The notes: generated by a model not told the origin, from the sequence alone. Positions 13,729-25,000 are shown, numbered from the stretch's first letter. The stretch is DNA of 46,346 nt from Candidatus Krumholzibacteriota bacterium (GCA_039714075.1 JBDLKA010000019.1:1-46346), one strand, 5' to 3'. A program made the numbers and translations.

Positions 13729-15639
13729 TCAAAAGGTTTCCAGAAGGGTGACATGCAATTTGGCCTGATCGAAATCCACCGTGCCCGGAAAACCGACAGC
13801 CAGCGAGATATCCCCGGCGGGGGTCACCGCCAGAATACCCAGCCCGTAACCCCGGGGCCAATCGCGGATCTGCAACAGTTCCGCCGGATCCGCGGCCAGT
13901 GGATCGAGGGTCCAAAATTCAAAGTACCCCAGGTCGTAGAAGGTGTAAAGACGGGACCCGCCGGGACGGCCGATCAGGGCCTCCACACTGCCCCAGGCCG
14001 CGACCGAACCATGGAATTCACCCTCGCGATAACCCCGCAGCGAGGCGGCGCCCCCGAACCGGAATTGTTCGGACAGGGGGACGTTGAGGTCACCCCCGGT
14101 CAGTTGCCGGAACGAAGCCCGGCCCGCCAGACTGAGGGTCCGGCCCAGCCAGAGTTCTCCGGCCGCGTCCCCCTCGAAAATGCGCTGGGTCACCGCCTCG
14201 CCCAGTTGGGAAGATACGGTTGTTTCACTTTCCGGGGCCGGACGCAGGGCCGCCGACCTCCAGGCCGTTTCGATGGCGAACACGCCTTCCCATCCGCTCC
14301 TGGTCCGGTCGCCCCTGCGGTGCAGCACCGCGCCCCTGGCCCGCACCCGGCTGGTTCGTTCCAGGCTCCCGGTAGGATAGGTCACACGGTCCCAACCAGC
14401 GCCCAGTTCGATACCCCAGAGGGACACCACCGGCAGGCGCCAGGCGTTTTCCAGACGGAAACGGGTGTAGGCCTCCTCCTCGACCTCGTTGTCCAGGGCA
14501 ACCACCATATCAAGGGGCGTGCCGAAAGCCAGGGGTTCCAGGTACGAGAAACCGAAACGGGACCGCTGGTTGCCGTCATCCCGCCAGCCGACCTGCAGGC
14601 TGCGGCCGGTGCCGGCCATGTTCGGCAGGCGCAGATCCACCTCGCCGCTCAACCGGCTCCCCGTGTCGTCCTGACGGCGGCTCAGTCCCAGAACGACCTG
14701 CAGGCGATTGATCTTGCGCCTGGGCACGACGGGAATGTGGACGCCCACCGTGTCACCCGCCGATGTCAGATAGACCCGGGGTTCGCCTACCGTGGTGTAC
14801 AGATCCCTGGCCAGAAGTCGCTGCCGCGCCCTGTCCAGGTCCGAGTGCCGAAAGACTGCTCCCGGTTGGAGGCCCGAACTGCGGGCCAGGAAGTGCGCCG
14901 CCCGTTCTTCAGCCAGATCGCTGGTGACCGGCCCGAGATAGGCCGGGTTCCCCGGCAGTAGCATGGCCCTGACCGTGACGCTGTGGTCTGCGGGTACAAG
15001 TTCCACTTCCCGGGTGACCCAGCGAGGGAATGGATAACCCGCTTCCCCGGTGCCCATCAGGACCATGTCGATCCCCAGGTTCCATTCCTCCGGCTTGAAA
15101 CGGTCCCCGGACCGCGGCAGCCAGGTCGCCAGCAGATGGCTGCGGCCCGGAAAATCGTCGCCGCCGATTTCCAGGGTTCCGATGGTCCAGACAGGTCCGG
15201 GATGGATCACCACCGAATCACCCCGCACCTCGACCTCCGTGGTCAGGAATCCGCGGTCCAGCCAGCGGTCCCGCAGCCTCGAGGCAACGGGGCGCACCAT
15301 GGATGTGGTGTCGCCTCCCGCGGAAGCAGCGGCCACCATTTCGCGTAACCTTTTCAGATCCTCGGGATCCATTTCGGCGCCGGAAATGGAATCCAGGCTC
15401 GCCGGGATGGAGTGGATCAGTTTATCCGCAGCAGGCAGGGAACCGAACCAGGAACTGTCCTGATCCAGCCAGTCCTGCTCCTGTCCGGTTGGATTCCGGT
15501 CGCGGGCGAATACGATCACCGGATCGGTGGCCGCCGGCAGGGCCTGTCCGGGCGACAGCACGAGCGCCACAACGGCCAGGGCGGTCCCCGCCGAACTTCT
15601 CCTGCTAGAACCGCGCAGTAGTTTCCAGACGAACGTCAT
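13729..15639 (-). CDS. BamA/TamA (Omp85) family outer-membrane protein with POTRA domains
   Basis: Signal peptide after MTFVWKLLRG (ATG 15639). POTRA-like repeats (DRGFLTTEV, GYPF), NMAGTGRSL, FGGAASLRGYRE (VRGY-type loop 6 motif), GYGLG, terminal Phe. Confidence 0.85.
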   Translation of the reverse strand: MTFVWKLLRGSSRRSSAGTALAVVALVLSPGQALPAATDPVIVFARDRNPTGQEQDWLDQDSSWFGSLPAADKLIHSIPASLDSISGAEMDPEDLKRLREMVAAASAGGDTTSMVRPVASRLRDRWLDRGFLTTEVEVRGDSVVIHPGPVWTIGTLEIGGDDFPGRSHLLATWLPRSGDRFKPEEWNLGIDMVLMGTGEAGYPFPRWVTREVELVPADHSVTVRAMLLPGNPAYLGPVTSDLAEERAAHFLARSSGLQPGAVFRHSDLDRARQRLLARDLYTTVGEPRVYLTSAGDTVGVHIPVVPRRKINRLQVVLGLSRRQDDTGSRLSGEVDLRLPNMAGTGRSLQVGWRDDGNQRSRFGFSYLEPLAFGTPLDMVVALDNEVEEEAYTRFRLENAWRLPVVSLWGIELGAGWDRVTYPTGSLERTSRVRARGAVLHRRGDRTRSGWEGVFAIETAWRSAALRPAPESETTVSSQLGEAVTQRIFEGDAAGELWLGRTLSLAGRASFRQLTGGDLNVPLSEQFRFGGAASLRGYREGEFHGSVAAWGSVEALIGRPGGSRLYTFYDLGYFEFWTLDPLAADPAELLQIRDWPRGYGLGILAVTPAGDISLAVGFPGTVDFDQAKLHVTLLETF

Positions 15640-18600
15640 GCTGCCACCTCCCTTCGGTCTTCTTGCGTGTGAACCAGCTGGCCGACACGGCCAGGAACTC
15701 CGTCGGATCCCAGGCCAGGCGTAGCGAGGATTCAACGTTGCGGCCGGGAAAGGAGAAGAACCAGGGCCGCACCGCACCCGGCGGCTCATCGCTCTTCACA
15801 TCGGAAATGCGCACTTCCCCCAGCAGGGTCCAGGACCGCCGGAAACGGCTGCGCACGGTGGGCCGCAGGGCCAACTCCTCCTGGGAAACCCCCGAAACCT
15901 CGTCGTTCCGGGTCAGGAACTCGCCCTGCAGACCCAGCCGCAGATTGGTGGTGGGCGTGTAATTGTAGCCCAGTTCGTAGCGCCGGGTCAGGACAACGAA
16001 ACTGCCACGGGCGCTGGCCGACCCTTCCTGGCTGTAACGACGCTCGTCCTGGCGGCCCCACAGCATGGTGACCGCCGACCTCCGGGACAGGTTGAGGTTG
16101 GCATTGGCCTGCCAGGTGCGGTTGATCCTGTCTTCGGGATGGTCCGCGAACTGCCGGTCCAAGGCCTGCCGAAAGTCGAATTTACCACGCACGTCCAGGG
16201 TGCGGACATTCTGCAGGAAGGTCAGTTCGTGGGTGTAGATCAGATCGCCCAGGACGGTCGTGGACGGATCGAAAAGGACCTTCGGATCCAGGGCCAGCAG
16301 CCCACCTATGTCCTCGGTCGTGCTGCGGCCTTCGACCGATGCCAGAACCAGGCTGGACCAGGCGCCATACCAGCGGTCGGCCCCCAGGAACCGGAACCCC
16401 TGCCGCCAGTTCAAATCCGCCCGGACCGACGTCGTGGCCACCAGGCTGTCGGTGGCGGCCAGGATCACGGTGTAGGCGCCCTGACCCTTGCCCACGAATT
16501 CCCCATCCTGGTTGTAGTCCCCCTGGCCCTCGCCCACGAACAGGATCTGCCGGTCCAGGACCGCCGTGCGGCTGTTGTCCACCCGGTAACCAAGGGCCCA
16601 GTCGCTGAAGATCCTGTCCCAGTCACCCGACAGGTTGAGCCGCGCCAGCCGGGTGGTCTGTTCGGGTTGGTCGGGCTGAAGGATCCGGCGATACGTCCCC
16701 TCGCCGACCAGTCGCATGCCCGCGAATCGGCCCGTGGTCAGTCCGGACCGGACGGTGCGGCTGTCCCGCTGCAATTCCCACGTGCCGGCGTAAAGGGAAT
16801 CGGCCAGGCCCCGCTCGAAATCGACCTGCCAGGTCAGGACCCGGCTCGGCGCCGAACCCAGGCCCACCGAGGTTTCTTCCAGGCGGAATCCCGAGGCCTG
16901 CCCCTGGGTGGCGGCACCATTGCGCCAGCGGCGGAAACCGTACCCGGCCCGGGGAACCACCGGCCCGACCTCCCAGCTGATCTCATGGGTGCGCAGGTCC
17001 CGCCGGATTTCCAGGGGGTCCTGCCCGTCGGTGGCTTCGGCGGTCTGAAGCACATGGTTTCCCCGGCCGCCCCACAATTTCCAGTCGGCGCTTCCCGCCA
17101 ACTGGTCGGCCTTCAGTGAAACCCCATGACGGAGGGAACCCAGGTTTCCTTTCATCGTCAGACCCGTTTTGGGACCGCCGGTTGCCCAGGCTGCCTGAAC
17201 TCCGGATTCCCGATCGTCCTGCTCCAGAAAGCCCGGCCGGCGCGCCCGGTCGGCCAGCCCCCAGTGATCGTAATCGAATACGGTCTTGTGCACCTGGAAG
17301 GGTTTGAACTCGGCATCCCGGCTCTCCCAGAACCCCATCAGATCCAGACGGCCGAACGACATGTCACCCAGGGCCAGGGGCAGCTCCCGCAACCCGCCGG
17401 TGAATCGTCCCGCGGCCCCCGAGTTGTCCTCATTGTCAAGGTCCGACAACTGGTTGAGATCCCGGTTCCCCGCATTCCATTCACCGGTCATGAAGACACC
17501 CGTGGTGTCTCCCATGACGGCCGTCAAGGTGGCGATGCTGTGGGATTCGGGCATGGGCAGGGGCCGGCCGATGAGGTAGCTGCCCTGCAGATCCCCCTTG
17601 TGGACAAAAACCTTGCGGCCGGTGGCCGTCAAACGGTCCAGATCGTAATCGCCCCGGCCCGGTCCGGCGTAGAACAGGGTCAGGTCGAAGCCTCCACCGA
17701 CGGGATTGTGGACGTAGATGATCTTGCCGCCCTCATCCTGCTGATCGTACAACCCCTCCCCGGGAGCGGTGGCGGTGACCCCGTCGGCGATGGCCCGCAG
17801 GGGATCGTCTCCAGCCGCGGCCAGGATGGCCTCATCGTCTTCCCCCAGTTCGCCGGTGCGCAACCGGGCCGGGTCATCCTTTTCGCGAATCACCCGGGCC
17901 TTGAAATCGACGGGCAGGTCCACCAGGGGCAGGTGGAAGGCTGCGCCACCGCCCCCGCCGACCACGGTGCGACCGTAGGGGCCCTCCCCCTCTTCGTATT
18001 CGATGACGATGGTGGATTCGGCGGTGATCAGGCGACGGTAGGTGAAGGTCACCGTGCCGGCGACGTAGTCGATGACGTAATCCCGGTCCGCACCCCGGAC
18101 CAGCGGCTGCCCGTCCAGGGTCACCCGTTCGGACCCGGCAATGACGAAAAGATTTCCCTTCGCAGCACTGCCGCCCAGGTAATACGGACCCTGGTTGGAT
18201 TCCTGGCCCCGGATCTGCAGCGTGCGATAGAGTCCCCGGGGCGAACCGGCCAGAACCTCGGCGCTGAAATTTCCCGGTTCCGCCTCCAGGGAAAAACCCT
18301 GCAGCTTGCGCCGGTAGTTCCCGAAGGCCGTCCCGGTGCGGCCGGCCACGAAATCGCCCAGGGTGGCCTTCCAGTCGGGGGCCTCCATCTCCACCAGGAC
18401 CTTGTCGATGTCGCGCAACTCTTCGGTATTGCCTTCGGGCACCACGGGCAGATTGTCGTCCGACAGGTAGGCGCGAACCGAAATATCACGCGTCAGTTGC
18501 CCCACGATGCTCAGGCGCAGGTTCTGGTCGACGGTCATTTCCCGGCGCGAGCCCGATGAAACCTGGACGGTCTTGCTGCCTGACACCTGAAGATTGCCAC

Positions 18601-19087
18601 TGCGCCAGGCCTCCTGTTCCGCAGGCGCCGTGAACAAGGGCGCCGCCTCTGCCGCCGTCCCCGCGGCAGGAGCTGACCCGATGGGACGCAGGTCCCGCCG
18701 CGGCGTTACCGGAACCGGCAGGAAGCGGTATTCCACCATGACCAGGGCCTTGCCGGCGGGTGAAGCATCACCTGCGGGCTCGGGAGCCCGCCAATCGCGC
18801 AGGGGAATGATGATGCCCGAGCGCGCGCGGACCTTGTAGTCCGTATCCATCCGCCACAACCTGCCGTCGACGAAAAGCCGGACCGAAGAGGCTTCCACGA
18901 ATCCGTGGGCCAGCTGGAGATGTCCGGATCCCGCAGGCATCAGCCTGAATTCGTTTTCGGTCAGCCGGGGGGCGGTGGCGGACCGGGGAGGATCAGCGGC
19001 CAGAGCTGTCCCGATCAACAGAGGGATAAGGAAGGTCAGACAGACCACACTCAGGGAACAGAGCCTGCCCCGCGGACAGCGCCGCAT
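15605..19087 (-). CDS. Very large outer-membrane beta-barrel protein of unknown function (contains SprA-like motifs)
   Basis: Signal peptide (..IGTALA-A). SGSKTVQV...LSDDNLPVVPEGNTEELRDIDKV and GSERVTLDG...DYVIDYVAGTVTF. Long run of amphipathic strands ending LETTARF. ATG overlaps the upstream stop (TAATG). Confidence 0.7.
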   Translation of the reverse strand: MRRCPRGRLCSLSVVCLTFLIPLLIGTALAADPPRSATAPRLTENEFRLMPAGSGHLQLAHGFVEASSVRLFVDGRLWRMDTDYKVRARSGIIIPLRDWRAPEPAGDASPAGKALVMVEYRFLPVPVTPRRDLRPIGSAPAAGTAAEAAPLFTAPAEQEAWRSGNLQVSGSKTVQVSSGSRREMTVDQNLRLSIVGQLTRDISVRAYLSDDNLPVVPEGNTEELRDIDKVLVEMEAPDWKATLGDFVAGRTGTAFGNYRRKLQGFSLEAEPGNFSAEVLAGSPRGLYRTLQIRGQESNQGPYYLGGSAAKGNLFVIAGSERVTLDGQPLVRGADRDYVIDYVAGTVTFTYRRLITAESTIVIEYEEGEGPYGRTVVGGGGGAAFHLPLVDLPVDFKARVIREKDDPARLRTGELGEDDEAILAAAGDDPLRAIADGVTATAPGEGLYDQQDEGGKIIYVHNPVGGGFDLTLFYAGPGRGDYDLDRLTATGRKVFVHKGDLQGSYLIGRPLPMPESHSIATLTAVMGDTTGVFMTGEWNAGNRDLNQLSDLDNEDNSGAAGRFTGGLRELPLALGDMSFGRLDLMGFWESRDAEFKPFQVHKTVFDYDHWGLADRARRPGFLEQDDRESGVQAAWATGGPKTGLTMKGNLGSLRHGVSLKADQLAGSADWKLWGGRGNHVLQTAEATDGQDPLEIRRDLRTHEISWEVGPVVPRAGYGFRRWRNGAATQGQASGFRLEETSVGLGSAPSRVLTWQVDFERGLADSLYAGTWELQRDSRTVRSGLTTGRFAGMRLVGEGTYRRILQPDQPEQTTRLARLNLSGDWDRIFSDWALGYRVDNSRTAVLDRQILFVGEGQGDYNQDGEFVGKGQGAYTVILAATDSLVATTSVRADLNWRQGFRFLGADRWYGAWSSLVLASVEGRSTTEDIGGLLALDPKVLFDPSTTVLGDLIYTHELTFLQNVRTLDVRGKFDFRQALDRQFADHPEDRINRTWQANANLNLSRRSAVTMLWGRQDERRYSQEGSASARGSFVVLTRRYELGYNYTPTTNLRLGLQGEFLTRNDEVSGVSQEELALRPTVRSRFRRSWTLLGEVRISDVKSDEPPGAVRPWFFSFPGRNVESSLRLAWDPTEFLAVSASWFTRKKTEGRWQHDVRLETTARF

Positions 19088-20127
19088 TACTCGTAGATGA
19101 TCCGGTAGACCAGAATCGCGGAACGGGCGCGGTCCGTGACGGCCAGGATATCGGCCGGACCCACCGCCACATCCACCGGGGCCGTGGGCGTGCCCCGTAA
19201 TCCGAAATCATCACCGATCGTGGGAACGGGCCGCAACCGACGGTCCAGGACATGGATTCTGCCATTGCCCTGATCGGCCACGAATACGTTGCCGAACTTG
19301 TCGGATGTCACGCCCTGGGGAAGAATGAAGGGGTTGTCGATTTCGAAGTCGCCGCCGACTGTGCCTTCGAAAAATCCCAGCCGGCCGTAATGGCACAGGC
19401 GGCGGTTGCCCCGGTCGGAAACGACAAAACCACCGTCGGGCAGAAAGGCGATTCCGCTGGGATCGGTGAACTGGTCGTCAAGAGTGCCCGGAGTCCCGAC
19501 CCGCATCTGCAGGTTGAAAAATGTATCCAGCAGCAGGACCTGTTGCTGGGACACGTCGGCGATCAGCATTCTGCCGTCGCGATCCAGGGCGAAGCTGGAT
19601 ACCTGCGGGATGTGGGAAGGATCCACCTGACGGATGTCCACCACCTGGTCGAGCCAAGCGCCGTTCAGGTCGAACCGGAACACCTTGTTGCTGCCCGAAT
19701 CCATGACCAGGACCTTGAAGCCGTCGACGACCACGTCCAGCGGCCGGTAGGGCCGGGCCGCCGGTATATCGAACTCGTACCAGACCAGCACGCCGGGATC
19801 GAGGCCGAAGACCTTGCCGCGCTTTTCGTCGCAGAAGATCAAGGTACCCTCCGGGCCGAAGGTGCAACCGGCCAGTCCCTCGAGGGGATAATAGAAAGCC
19901 GTCCGTTCGTTTTCGTAGGCATACATGAATTCGAGGTCGACCACGGTGGTCCCCGGACGGGGCGCGGCCGGCCTGTCCGCGGGGCCTGTATCCTGGGCCT
20001 GGCGGACCTGGGATCCCGATCCGGTGCCTGAAGAACAGCCCGCCAGTACCAGTAGCACGGCCAGCGACAACAAACCCCACCGGGGTGAATTGGTCCAGGA
20101 GCGGCCGTTTCCCCGGGGAAAAGTCAT
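19087..20127 (-). CDS. NHL-repeat beta-propeller lipoprotein
   Basis: Lipobox LAG-C. Repeats such as FTDPSGIAFLPDGGFVVSDRGNRR and PQGVTSDKFGNVFVADQGNGRI. Confidence 0.85.
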   Translation of the reverse strand: MTFPRGNGRSWTNSPRWGLLSLAVLLVLAGCSSGTGSGSQVRQAQDTGPADRPAAPRPGTTVVDLEFMYAYENERTAFYYPLEGLAGCTFGPEGTLIFCDEKRGKVFGLDPGVLVWYEFDIPAARPYRPLDVVVDGFKVLVMDSGSNKVFRFDLNGAWLDQVVDIRQVDPSHIPQVSSFALDRDGRMLIADVSQQQVLLLDTFFNLQMRVGTPGTLDDQFTDPSGIAFLPDGGFVVSDRGNRRLCHYGRLGFFEGTVGGDFEIDNPFILPQGVTSDKFGNVFVADQGNGRIHVLDRRLRPVPTIGDDFGLRGTPTAPVDVAVGPADILAVTDRARSAILVYRIIYE

Positions 20128-20987
20128 CAGAAGCTCCGGGAAACGACCCAGCGCGCGCCGGGATCCCTGAACGATGGCAGCATTTCCAGACCGACGTTCA
20201 TGCCCAGGACCTCCGTCTCCAGGATTCCGTCATCCGGACCGGCGTTCAGAACGGCATCCACCACGGAAACCGCGCGGTTGACCACCGCGAACAGGATCAT
20301 GAAATCGCGCCGGTCGTAGGCGCTGTTGCCGTCGGCCCGCAGCTTGGAATAACCGTCCTTGCGGTCCTCGTTGACCCATTGCCAGGCATCGGCGGAACTG
20401 ATCGGGTCCGGCGGGGCCTCACCGAGGGCCCGGGCCTCCCGCGCCTGCGACTCCCAGTAGGCGTCACTGTCCATGTAATGCCCCACGTCCTGCCAGTAGG
20501 AATTTTGGTGCTCCCCGCTGGTTCCGGCGTAGATGCCCGCCCATTCCTCGGCTGAATCCATGCGCGCGTCGCCCTGGGCGTCGAAAACGAAATACGCGGT
20601 CCAGATGCCGACCTCGATGCCGCCCATGATGTAGGCCTTGGATTTCTGACCGTTGTAGAACTGGCCGGCGCCCGGCAGGACGGCCGACAGCAGGCCCGAC
20701 TTGACCTTGTCCCCGAGGTGGGATGATCCCTCGGCCTCGGGCTTATCCTCCTCGGCGGCGGCGCCGCCCCCGAATTCGTCACTGAGCCCGTCGCCCCCGA
20801 TCTGGCCGGAAGCCAGTCCCGTTCGGGCGCCGAGAATCAGATACTCGGCGCGCAGAAGGGAATCGTCCGCAGGCCGGGGGTTTTGCGCCTGGGCCGACGA
20901 AGGCACGCCCAAGGCGGCCAGGAACAGGACCGTCAGAACCGACAGTTTGATCGTCATCCGTATTCCGCCTGCAACTTCCTTCAACAT
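20127..20987 (-). CDS. Exported envelope protein (DUF5683-like), paralog of the next gene
   Basis: AGGAGG before ATG 20987 (alternative ATG 20957). Signal peptide (..PSSAQA). SAVLPGAGQFYNG motif, NRAVSVVDA, C-terminal beta-hairpin ending in Phe. Confidence 0.65.
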   Translation of the reverse strand: MLKEVAGGIRMTIKLSVLTVLFLAALGVPSSAQAQNPRPADDSLLRAEYLILGARTGLASGQIGGDGLSDEFGGGAAAEEDKPEAEGSSHLGDKVKSGLLSAVLPGAGQFYNGQKSKAYIMGGIEVGIWTAYFVFDAQGDARMDSAEEWAGIYAGTSGEHQNSYWQDVGHYMDSDAYWESQAREARALGEAPPDPISSADAWQWVNEDRKDGYSKLRADGNSAYDRRDFMILFAVVNRAVSVVDAVLNAGPDDGILETEVLGMNVGLEMLPSFRDPGARWVVSRSF

Positions 20988-21034
20988 CGGCCTCCTAGAT
21001 TGGCCAGGGGTATGTAAGTGGACAAACAACCCGG

Positions 21035-22006
21035 TCAAAACGACACCGCCGCGCCGACGGCCCCCTTGTCCCAACCTCCGGGCTGGGCGAAGACCTGAAC
21101 CTTGTGTCCGGCGACTTCCAGATCCTCGGCGGGACTGCCGCCCAGCAATCCGGAGAGATAGGCCGTCTGCACGACGCTGAACACCCGCAGACCGATGTTC
21201 ACGTACAACCACCGGTCCCTGGTCTTGTAGGCGTCGTTGGAGGCGTCCCGCATCAGGCGGTAGGCCTCACGGTTCCGCGAAACCCAGGGGTGGTGCAGGT
21301 CCGCCGTGGTCCCGGTGGGCACATAACCATCCGGGGCATCGGGATTGTTGGGGTCGCTCGCCCTGGAATAATCGTCCCAGCCGAAAATGAACTGGTCCCA
21401 CTTGCCCAGGTTTTCGTAGTACTCCCGGAAGTCATCCTCCTTGGTCACGAAAAGCGGAAGAAAGTGGAGATCGTCCAGGGTGATGAAATTGTGCCCTTCG
21501 GTGAACGAATTGAAGTAGGTATCCCCTTCACCCTGCCGGACAAAATCAGTGCTCACGTCCTTGTAAGCTTCCAGTAGATCCTCGTCCGAATAATGTTCGT
21601 CGGCGAAGGCGATGTATTCGTCCCTCAGGTCGGCGCCGTCACTGTGGTATTTGGAAACCTGGGTCCAGGCGAAGATATCGGCGGCCATCATGAAGTAGCC
21701 GCGGGTATAACCCATGTAGGCCTCGCCCGCGCCCGGCAGGACCAGGGAGAACAGAACCGGCCAGCCGCTTTTCCTGGAACCACTCGACTCGGAGATTTCC
21801 GCGATTTCAACGGAACCGGCTCCTCCGCCGATTTCACCCTGTTCGAAACGCTCGCCGGTCAGGGCCAGGGCTTCCCGCCCGTCCCGATTCAGCAACCAGG
21901 CCATCCTTTCGGCGCCGGAAGACTGGGCCAGAACAGGAACCGCGCACAGGGTGCAGGCCAAAACACATCCCAAAGCGATCATTCGAAATTTGGTCTGGAA
22001 AGGCAT
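21035..22006 (-). CDS. Exported envelope protein (DUF5683-like), paralog of the previous gene
   Basis: GGGAGG RBS before ATG 22006 (alternative ATG 22036). Signal peptide (..VPVLA-Q). SLVLPGAGEAYMG motif, EYYENLGKWDQF, terminal AAVSF. Confidence 0.65.
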   Translation of the reverse strand: MPFQTKFRMIALGCVLACTLCAVPVLAQSSGAERMAWLLNRDGREALALTGERFEQGEIGGGAGSVEIAEISESSGSRKSGWPVLFSLVLPGAGEAYMGYTRGYFMMAADIFAWTQVSKYHSDGADLRDEYIAFADEHYSDEDLLEAYKDVSTDFVRQGEGDTYFNSFTEGHNFITLDDLHFLPLFVTKEDDFREYYENLGKWDQFIFGWDDYSRASDPNNPDAPDGYVPTGTTADLHHPWVSRNREAYRLMRDASNDAYKTRDRWLYVNIGLRVFSVVQTAYLSGLLGGSPAEDLEVAGHKVQVFAQPGGWDKGAVGAAVSF

Positions 22007-22032
22007 TGTATCCTCCCGGAAAAAACCGGCGG

Positions 22033-25000
22033 TCATTTTTCCACCGCCAGGGTCAAAGTCCTGATCTCGACGCCGCTGCCGGCATCGTATTCCAACCGGG
22101 CCAGGTACAAGCCGCTGGCAATCCCCGGTATGGGCAGCATGAATTCGTTGATGGAGCCGGGCGTGACCGGGATTTCCGCCTGGGCCACGCTTTCCCCTTC
22201 GAGGTTGTAGATCCAGATGTGGGCCGCACGGCTGCCGGCGCTGTAGAACCGCACCGTCACCTCGTCCGAAACCACGGGATTGGGGTAGAGAATCACCCGG
22301 TCGGTTTCCGCCGCTATCGGAGCGGCGGCGCCCAGACTGTTGGCCGTGCCCGCCGAACCACGCCGGTACGAACCGCCGCCGGGACCACGCCACTCGCTGG
22401 TCCGGGAATCCTCGGGTGCCGCGTTGAGCAGGTGGTAGGCCGCCAGACGGCCGTTCACGAACTGGCGCTCCAAAGGAGGCCCGGTATAGCCGCCGGGCGA
22501 CACCAGCCACAACACGCGGCCGTCATCCGGACCGCCGACCGCCAGGGCGCCGGTCTTGCGGTCCCCCCAGCGCAACGGCATTTGGGGCAACAGACGCCCG
22601 GTGGCGTCAAGACCCACCAGGTGGCCGCCGTCGGTATTGAAATGGATCTCGTTGACGCCGTCGCCCGTGGCGTCCGCGACAACGATCGGTCCGGCGATCC
22701 GGGTCATGTCCGGCAACGGAAACAGATCATAGAAGCGCACAGGGAAACCGCGCAGGGCCACGCCGTCGGGCCGGAAGGCCAAAATTCGTTTTGCCGTCGC
22801 CAGCACCAGGTCGTCGTTCCCGTCGCCATCGACATCGGCGACGGCGGGGTCGGTTACCAGAGGTTCCACCACGCCGAGGACCGTGCCCGCATCGGCAACC
22901 GCCCCGTCCGGCTGAATCCTCCAGCATCCCAGTTCACCCGCGGAATCGAACACATGCAGTTGATGGCCGCCGGCGACCGCCACCACCGCGGTCCGGCAGG
23001 GCAATTCCAACGCTTCACGAACGAAGGGATGGAAGGCGGGCAGGGAACCCAGCCCATCCTCCAACTGGCGCACCAAATGCCAGCCTCCCCGGGAGATGAC
23101 CGGAACCATATCGGTGCCGTCGGTGCCCGGGATGGGCGTCGCCACCTGCAACCCTGATCCCAACGTGGTGATCCTCAAGGAACCAAGCACGGCATTCCCG
23201 GATTCATTGAGAACATACAGACTGTCCGGATCAACAGGACACAGGATCCGTCGCGTATCGGTTCGCCAGACAAGTGGAACAGGTCCGCCGGCCAGGTTTT
23301 CCCCGACCTTAAAAGGCTCTGTTGCCGCCGGCGCTTCGTATTCGGGGAGATAGGTAACCCCAACCTTGCCGTCGGTGGTGCCCCAAACCAGATCCACGCC
23401 GTCATCGGCTCTGTCCCGCACGAAGGGAGATCCGCTCAGGGGAGCACCCAGGCTCTGAAAGGCGCCGGACCCTTCGGGTTTCCCCGGCACATCCGGCCAC
23501 CCACCGCGAAACCCATTGGCCCAGACATGGAACAGGGCGGCCCGGTAATCGCCGCCGGACCAGTTTTCAGGCGCCGCCTCGGCGAAGATCAGGGCTTGTT
23601 GCTGGGCCCCGTACAAGGTTACCGGAGTCAAGGATTCCGGATCGATGGCCCTGGGTAACGTTTCCCGTTCCCCCCCTGACCCCAGGGACTCAAATTCACC
23701 AATTGGAGGCAATTCATGGGGAAAGCCCCGGCCGACCGCCCCCAGATCGCCCTTGAACTTCATCACGCTGGAGGAAAAAACCGTGCGCGGCCCGATCTCG
23801 CTGAGGGACAGGCCCGACCAGGATCGATCGAAATTGCGGCTCGAGGGGAATCCCTCCACGTGGAGAGTCTCGTAACCGGTCGGATTCCCGTTCAGGTCGA
23901 AACCGCCGAAGGGATCACGATGGGACCCGTACCACCCCAACACGTAGGCTTCGAGCACGCCGATGTCCTGGATGCCGTCCGCCTCGACCAGCTTCAACCC
24001 GTCGTTGAAGGAATTGATGGTGTTGTCTGGCAGTTGCTCCTCGATCCGGTCGGCGTTCACGTGCCAGACCAGCAGGCCTCCGGGGGGCATGAAATAATCG
24101 TACAGTCCGGAATTATCCCATTCCTCCAGCCGCTGACCGGCCAGGTAAAGCACAACCCCGGTGGTCTCATCCCTTTCAAAGCGGATGTCGTCGAAAGGGG
24201 TTTCACCCACATCAAATGGCACCCACCGGTTTTCCAGCAGGAACCACTCCCGCGGGGACAGCCCCGCCCGGTAGGCCTGGGGATAATCCGGATTGAAATC
24301 CCCCACCTGGTCGTACAGCCAATACTGGTCACGAGGCACGCCCACGGCCGGCAGGAGATAATCACCTTCCCGCCCGTCGAGTTCCCCCATTTCCAGCCAG
24401 CCGAGGAACCACTTGTTCCAGGCCGACAGCGAAGGCGGCAGAACACCCGTGGCCGAAATGATGAAGGTGTCGTTTTCAGCGGTGATGGTCCCCATGGTCA
24501 CCGGCAGGTTGGTCCCCGAATCCATCAGGTCCCAGATACCCACCGAGGGCAATCCCGTGGAGGTGCTGTAGACATCCGGCAGCCCCAGCGCGTGGCCGAA
24601 CTCGTGATAGAAGGCCGCCGCGATACTGCCGGGAAAATCATCCTGGTTGGTGGTCTCGGGAATGATGGAGCATTCGCTGAGCTTGCCCGGCTGGCCCTCC
24701 GGGTCGGTGCCGATCAGGTCGATCGGCTCGCCCAGGGTCACGAAAAAGGTGGGAATGTCGTTGGGCGAATCCCCGTTGATGTCGCTTTGCCAGTCGCTGC
24801 CCGCATGGACGAAAATGACATAGCCGAAGTCGTTGCTGTCACCGTATTCCGCCAGGTTGACACTGCCGTCGGCCTGGGTTTCCTGGTCCGCCTTGACCAT
24901 CATGTCCTGCACCAGGCGTTCCAGGCTTTCCAGGGTCCAGAAATCGTCGGCGCCCGGTCCGTAATCGGCGACATCGGTCAGTTTGTAACTGGCGTCGTTT

